Of a DNA stretch of 64,000 bases, positions 60,001 through 64,000 are shown piece after piece; within the stretch, counting starts at the first letter, position 1, and every line of letters starts with the position of its first letter. The position numbers were made by a program, and so were the translations under genes. The notes under the pieces were generated by a model, which saw only the letters and a list, made by a program, of their open reading frames with translations, was not told the origin of the DNA and made no database searches. Source of the DNA: Gemmatimonadaceae bacterium (lineage in GTDB: Bacteria > Gemmatimonadota > Gemmatimonadetes > Gemmatimonadales > Gemmatimonadaceae); the NCBI GenBank assembly GCA_051859245.1, contig JBHYGA010000001.1, forward strand, positions 416,001 through 480,000, in the 5' to 3' direction.

Positions 60001-60343
60001 CCCGCGCCTGAACGGTTACGCGTCGCTCGGCGGCGAGCGTCAGATGTCGCGCCCGCAAACCAAGTATCTGCAGAGTGTTGCGTACATCCGACTCAAGAAC
60101 CTGCAGGTGGGTTACGACCTCCCCAAGTCCTGGCTGTCGCGCACGGGAACGCGCGGAGCAAAAGTCTACCTCTCGGCCGAGAACCTGTGGACGCATTCAC
60201 CGCTCTACAGAATCGTGAAGAATGTGGACGTTGAAAATCTGAGCAATGGCTCTGACCGTATTCTCACCGGCGGTACGAGCGGTGATGGTCTGAACTATCC
60301 GATGATGCGGACGTTCGTGACTGGCGTCTCCCTGACCTTCTAA
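57098..60343 (+). CDS. SusC/RagA family TonB-linked outer membrane transporter
   Basis: Signature LVLIDGVEG...[52 protein letters not shown]; C-terminal F. Confidence 0.95.
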   Translation: [1081 protein letters not shown]

Positions 60344-60348
60344 TCACC

Positions 60349-62130
60349 ATGACTTCACAAATTTCGATCCGTCGCGTGGCCGTCGTTAGTCTTTGCCTGC
60401 TGGCCGCAGCGTGTGATCTCGAGCAATCGCCGGTATCGGCTACCAATCAGTCGTCGGTGTTTGGCAGCGAAGCCGGTTTGCAGCTGTACGCCAACTCGTT
60501 CACGAACGTGTGGCCGTCGGTAAACTCCGTGTACATCGGCGACGATGTGTCTGACTACATCGCAGCGCGCGGTGCCAGCAACTATTTGCTGCCAACCTTC
60601 ACGCCGAACAATCAGGGCGGATGGTCGTGGTCGGCGCTCCGCAACATCAACTACTTCATCGAAAGCAACGTCGACCCGGCGATTCCCGAGGCAACTCGCA
60701 ATCACTACACGGCGCTGGCGAGACTTTCACGCGCGCTATTCTATTTCGACAAGGTGAAGACGTACGGCAATGTGCCGTGGATCGATCGCCCGGTGTCCAT
60801 CACCGATTCCGCTACGCTGTTCGGCGAGCGCGACTCGCGTGATCTGGTCATGAACAAAGTGATGGAAGATCTGGACTACGCGATCGCGAACATTCGCACG
60901 GTAACCAGCGCATCCCGCACGGAAGTCACGAAAGACGTTGCCCGTGCGTTCAAGGCACGCATTGCGTTGTACGAGGGCACCTTCCGCAAGTATCACGCAA
61001 CGGGGCTCGCCAGTGGACTCGGCAACTCCGTCACGATGTGGCTCACCGCCGCGGCAAGCGCCGCGCAGGAAGTGATGGATGGTGGGCGCCACAGTCTCAA
61101 CACGTCAGCGGGCAGTCTCGGTTCGTATCGTTCGTTGTTCAGCAGCGAGGTCGCGCCAACGAACGAGACCATGCTCATGTACGTGATGGACGTCAACCTT
61201 GCCGTCCGTCACGAAGCGAACTGGCGCTACACGTCGGGTACGTTCGGTGTTGGTGCGAGCTTCACCCGCGACTTCATCAACACCTATCTGAATGCGGACG
61301 GCACGCCGTTCACCGATCGGCCCGGCTATGACACGTTGTCGTTCATGACGGAAACAAAGAACCGTGACCCGCGCTTGCGCCAGACGATTCGCATGGGCGA
61401 CTTCCGGCGCCTGAACGCCGGCGCGCTGGTGCCGGCGCCGCCTGCGTTTACGGTGACGCTCACCGGCTATCAGCCGATCAAGTGGACGACGGATGATATC
61501 GGTCTCGATGCCGGAGCCAACAACACGAACGACATTCCAATTCTTCGGTACGCTGAAGTGCTGCTGATCTACGCTGAGGCGAAGGCTGAGCTTGGCACTC
61601 TCACCGACGCGGATTGGGCGAGAACGGTTGGTGCACTGCGTACGCGCGCAGGAATCACCGGCAACGTGTCGGCGCGGCCGACGCGCGCTGACCCGTACTT
61701 GCAGAGCGTGTACTTTCCCGGCATCAGCGATCCCATCATTCTTGAAATCCGTCGTGAACGTGGCATCGAAATGGCGCTGGAAGGGCTGCGTTACGATGAC
61801 CTCATGCGCTGGAAGCGCGGCGAACTTCTGGCGCGTGTTTGGCGCGGTATGTACGTCACGGCGAACACGTACTACGATCTGAACGAGGACGGCATTCGGG
61901 ATGTGTACTTCCACACGGGCACGGTGCCGTCGCCCGCGGTCGCCGGCGTGGTGTATCACAACATTACGCCGGGCAACAGCAGCCAACGCTCGCTCCAGAA
62001 CGGAACGTTTGGTCAACTGCAGTGGCAGACCAACGTGGTGCGTGCATGGAGTGACAAGATGTACCTGCGTCCGATCGCCGCTTCGGACCTGGTCGTGAAT
62101 CCAAAGCTTGGACAGAATCCGGGGTGGTGA
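60349..62130 (+). CDS. SusD/RagB family nutrient-binding lipoprotein
   Basis: Lipobox AAAC; LRYAEVLLIYAEA, RRERGIEMALEGLRYDDLMRWK, QNPGW. Confidence 0.95.
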   Translation: MTSQISIRRVAVVSLCLLAAACDLEQSPVSATNQSSVFGSEAGLQLYANSFTNVWPSVNSVYIGDDVSDYIAARGASNYLLPTFTPNNQGGWSWSALRNINYFIESNVDPAIPEATRNHYTALARLSRALFYFDKVKTYGNVPWIDRPVSITDSATLFGERDSRDLVMNKVMEDLDYAIANIRTVTSASRTEVTKDVARAFKARIALYEGTFRKYHATGLASGLGNSVTMWLTAAASAAQEVMDGGRHSLNTSAGSLGSYRSLFSSEVAPTNETMLMYVMDVNLAVRHEANWRYTSGTFGVGASFTRDFINTYLNADGTPFTDRPGYDTLSFMTETKNRDPRLRQTIRMGDFRRLNAGALVPAPPAFTVTLTGYQPIKWTTDDIGLDAGANNTNDIPILRYAEVLLIYAEAKAELGTLTDADWARTVGALRTRAGITGNVSARPTRADPYLQSVYFPGISDPIILEIRRERGIEMALEGLRYDDLMRWKRGELLARVWRGMYVTANTYYDLNEDGIRDVYFHTGTVPSPAVAGVVYHNITPGNSSQRSLQNGTFGQLQWQTNVVRAWSDKMYLRPIAASDLVVNPKLGQNPGW

Positions 62131-62186
62131 GGTCTCGTGCCCTTACCCGCGTTCACGTCTCCTCACTGCACCACCCAATCACTCCC

Positions 62187-63086
62187 ATGCGATCTGTTCT
62201 TCTTCCGCTCCTCGCGTTTGCATTGGCGGCATGCGCGACCACGCCCTCTACCGGTGTGTCGTCGGCCAGCCCGTCTGTCGCCAGCACGCCGCTCCGCGTG
62301 ATGACCTTCAACATCCGCTACAACAATCCCGGTGACGGCATCAATGCGTGGCCAAACCGAAAAGATCGGGTGGCGAACCTGATTCGTTTTCACGACGCCG
62401 ATGTGGTGGGCGTGCAGGAAGCGCTGCACGGCATGCTGCTCGATCTCGATACGCTGCTGCCGGAGTACGATCGTGTGGGTGTGGGGCGCAAGGACGGCCA
62501 GAACGCGGGTGAGTTCAGCGCGATTCTGTACAAGCGGAATCGCGTGGAGATGCTCGAGAACAAAACGTTCTGGCTGTCCACGAATCCCGAAGCGGTCGGC
62601 GTGAAGGCATGGGATGCCGCGCTCGAACGCATTGCCACGTGGGGACGCTTTCGCGATCGCGCGACCGGATGCACGTACGTGCATCTCAACACACACTTTG
62701 ATCACGTGGGTGAACAAGCGCGCAGAGAAAGCGCGAAGCTTGTTCGCACTCGACTGGCCACGATTGCCGGCACTTTGCCGGTGATCGTGACGGGCGATCT
62801 CAACGTGCCACCAACATCCGACGCGTACAAAACCTTGACCAGCGGTACGGTTAATGGCGGCCTCGCGCCGCTGATCGACGGTTTTGTATCGAGCCGCGAG
62901 GGAAACTATGGCCCGTCAACTACCTCCACGAGCTTTAAGGAAATCGGTGGCAACCGAATTGACTATGTGCTCGTGTCATCAGCAATCGACGTGCTTAAAC
63001 ACGGTATCCTGAGCGACCGGTGGGACCAGCGTTTTCCATCGGATCACCTGCCGGTGCTTGCGTCGCTCAGCATGCGCTGTCGCTGA
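62187..63086 (+). CDS. Endonuclease/exonuclease/phosphatase (EEP) family lipoprotein
   Basis: Lipobox LAAC; MTFNIR, GVQE, NTHFDH, TGDLN, RIDY, PSDH. Confidence 0.93.
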   Translation: MRSVLLPLLAFALAACATTPSTGVSSASPSVASTPLRVMTFNIRYNNPGDGINAWPNRKDRVANLIRFHDADVVGVQEALHGMLLDLDTLLPEYDRVGVGRKDGQNAGEFSAILYKRNRVEMLENKTFWLSTNPEAVGVKAWDAALERIATWGRFRDRATGCTYVHLNTHFDHVGEQARRESAKLVRTRLATIAGTLPVIVTGDLNVPPTSDAYKTLTSGTVNGGLAPLIDGFVSSREGNYGPSTTSTSFKEIGGNRIDYVLVSSAIDVLKHGILSDRWDQRFPSDHLPVLASLSMRCR

Positions 63087-63104
63087 GCATTGTGGTTGTC
63101 TCGC

Positions 63105-64000
63105 ATGACGCGGGTTTCGCGGGCAGCGGTGGCGCTGTTGGTTGGCACGCTGGCGGCCGCCGAGGCCACAGGTCTCAATGGATATGGGCCCGGTGAGCGA
63201 GTGCTTATGGATGCGCACAACGCGTATCCCGAACGCGGACAGTGGCGTGACCGCCTGGATCGGGCGCTCGCCACTGGCACGCCGTTGGCGATCGAACAGG
63301 ATCTGTATTGGTCTGCTGGCGCCAATGGCGAGCCTGCGGTTGTGGTCGCGCATGACGACGACGCGCTAAACGGCGCGCCCGCGTTGCGCACGTATTTCTT
63401 CGAACGCATTCGGCCTCTCATGGAGCAAGCGCTTCACGAGAACCGCCGTGAGACGTGGCCACTCGTCGTATTGAATCTCGATTTCAAGGACAACCAGCCG
63501 GCGCTTCTCGACGCGGTTTGGGCGTTGCTTGGCGAGTACGAGCAGTGGCTCACCACCGCGCCTCGCACCGTCACGCGGCACACGGTTGAACCGATGCGGG
63601 TCGGGCCGCTGCTGGTGCTTAGCGGCGCGGATAGTGCGCAGCGCAAACGATTCCACGACGACGTGCCTATCGGCGGCGCGCTGCGCGTATTCGGAGCGAT
63701 GGCACCGGCGCCTGTCGACGGTGACACCAAAGAAGTGCGGGCGTTGCGGGCCATGCAGATGTCGGCGGCGCAGCACATCCCACAACGCGCGGACAACTTT
63801 GCGCGCTGGGTGAACTTTCCGTGGAGCGTGGTGGAGTTCGGTGGCCCCCAGTACGCGCAGCAGTGGACGGCAGGCGACTCAGTGCGTCTGGATTTACTCA
63901 CGAGGCGCGCGCACGAATACGGCTACTGGATTCGGTTCTACACGCTCGATGGCTTCGCAGCGACCGAGGACCGCGGGTGGACCGCGTCCTACAACTTTGG
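63105..64000 (+). CDS. Partial CDS: exported PLC-like/GDPD-like phosphodiesterase (TIM barrel)
   Basis: Manual translation MTRVSRAAVALLVGTLAAAEA...LMDAHNAYP...LAIEQDLYW...VVAHD...LNLDFK...GYWIRFYTLDG. Open to the window end, so missing from the ORF track. Confidence 0.7.
   Translation, partial: MTRVSRAAVALLVGTLAAAEATGLNGYGPGERVLMDAHNAYPERGQWRDRLDRALATGTPLAIEQDLYWSAGANGEPAVVVAHDDDALNGAPALRTYFFERIRPLMEQALHENRRETWPLVVLNLDFKDNQPALLDAVWALLGEYEQWLTTAPRTVTRHTVEPMRVGPLLVLSGADSAQRKRFHDDVPIGGALRVFGAMAPAPVDGDTKEVRALRAMQMSAAQHIPQRADNFARWVNFPWSVVEFGGPQYAQQWTAGDSVRLDLLTRRAHEYGYWIRFYTLDGFAATEDRGWTASYNF

Overview
A GC-rich bacterial window, densely coding, with about 58 CDS and no rRNA, tRNA, CRISPR array, transposase or integrase that I can see. 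The gene content points to a Gemmatimonadota (Gemmatimonadaceae-like) genome, by inference: four 6-bladed propeller lipoproteins, Hanks kinases, an ADOP permease, PEP-CTERM proteins and SusC/SusD. The window is a patchwork of envelope, signalling and hydrolase modules. Highlights: (1) a single 1117-aa ORF fusing an intact Ser/Thr kinase to a complete ADOP duplicated permease (16901-20254); (2) an ECF sigma/FecR/TonB receptor/fasciclin unit with the same putative promoter, CTGGTCA-N15-GCATAG, before both the sigma and fasciclin genes; (3) a DNA-binding-like/TM/TolB-propeller protein divergent from a secreted amidohydrolase across a perfect 26-bp palindrome; (4) a cytochrome c plus copper-monooxygenase-like protein with a coupled partner gene; (5) a SusC/SusD locus flanked only by phospho-esterase-type enzymes, with a Pho-box-like repeat upstream; (6) TetR, LytTR and ArsR operators readable by eye, plus several gene remnants. 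Product calls come from motif recognition only; no database searches were run. Start codons were often re-chosen relative to the ORF track.
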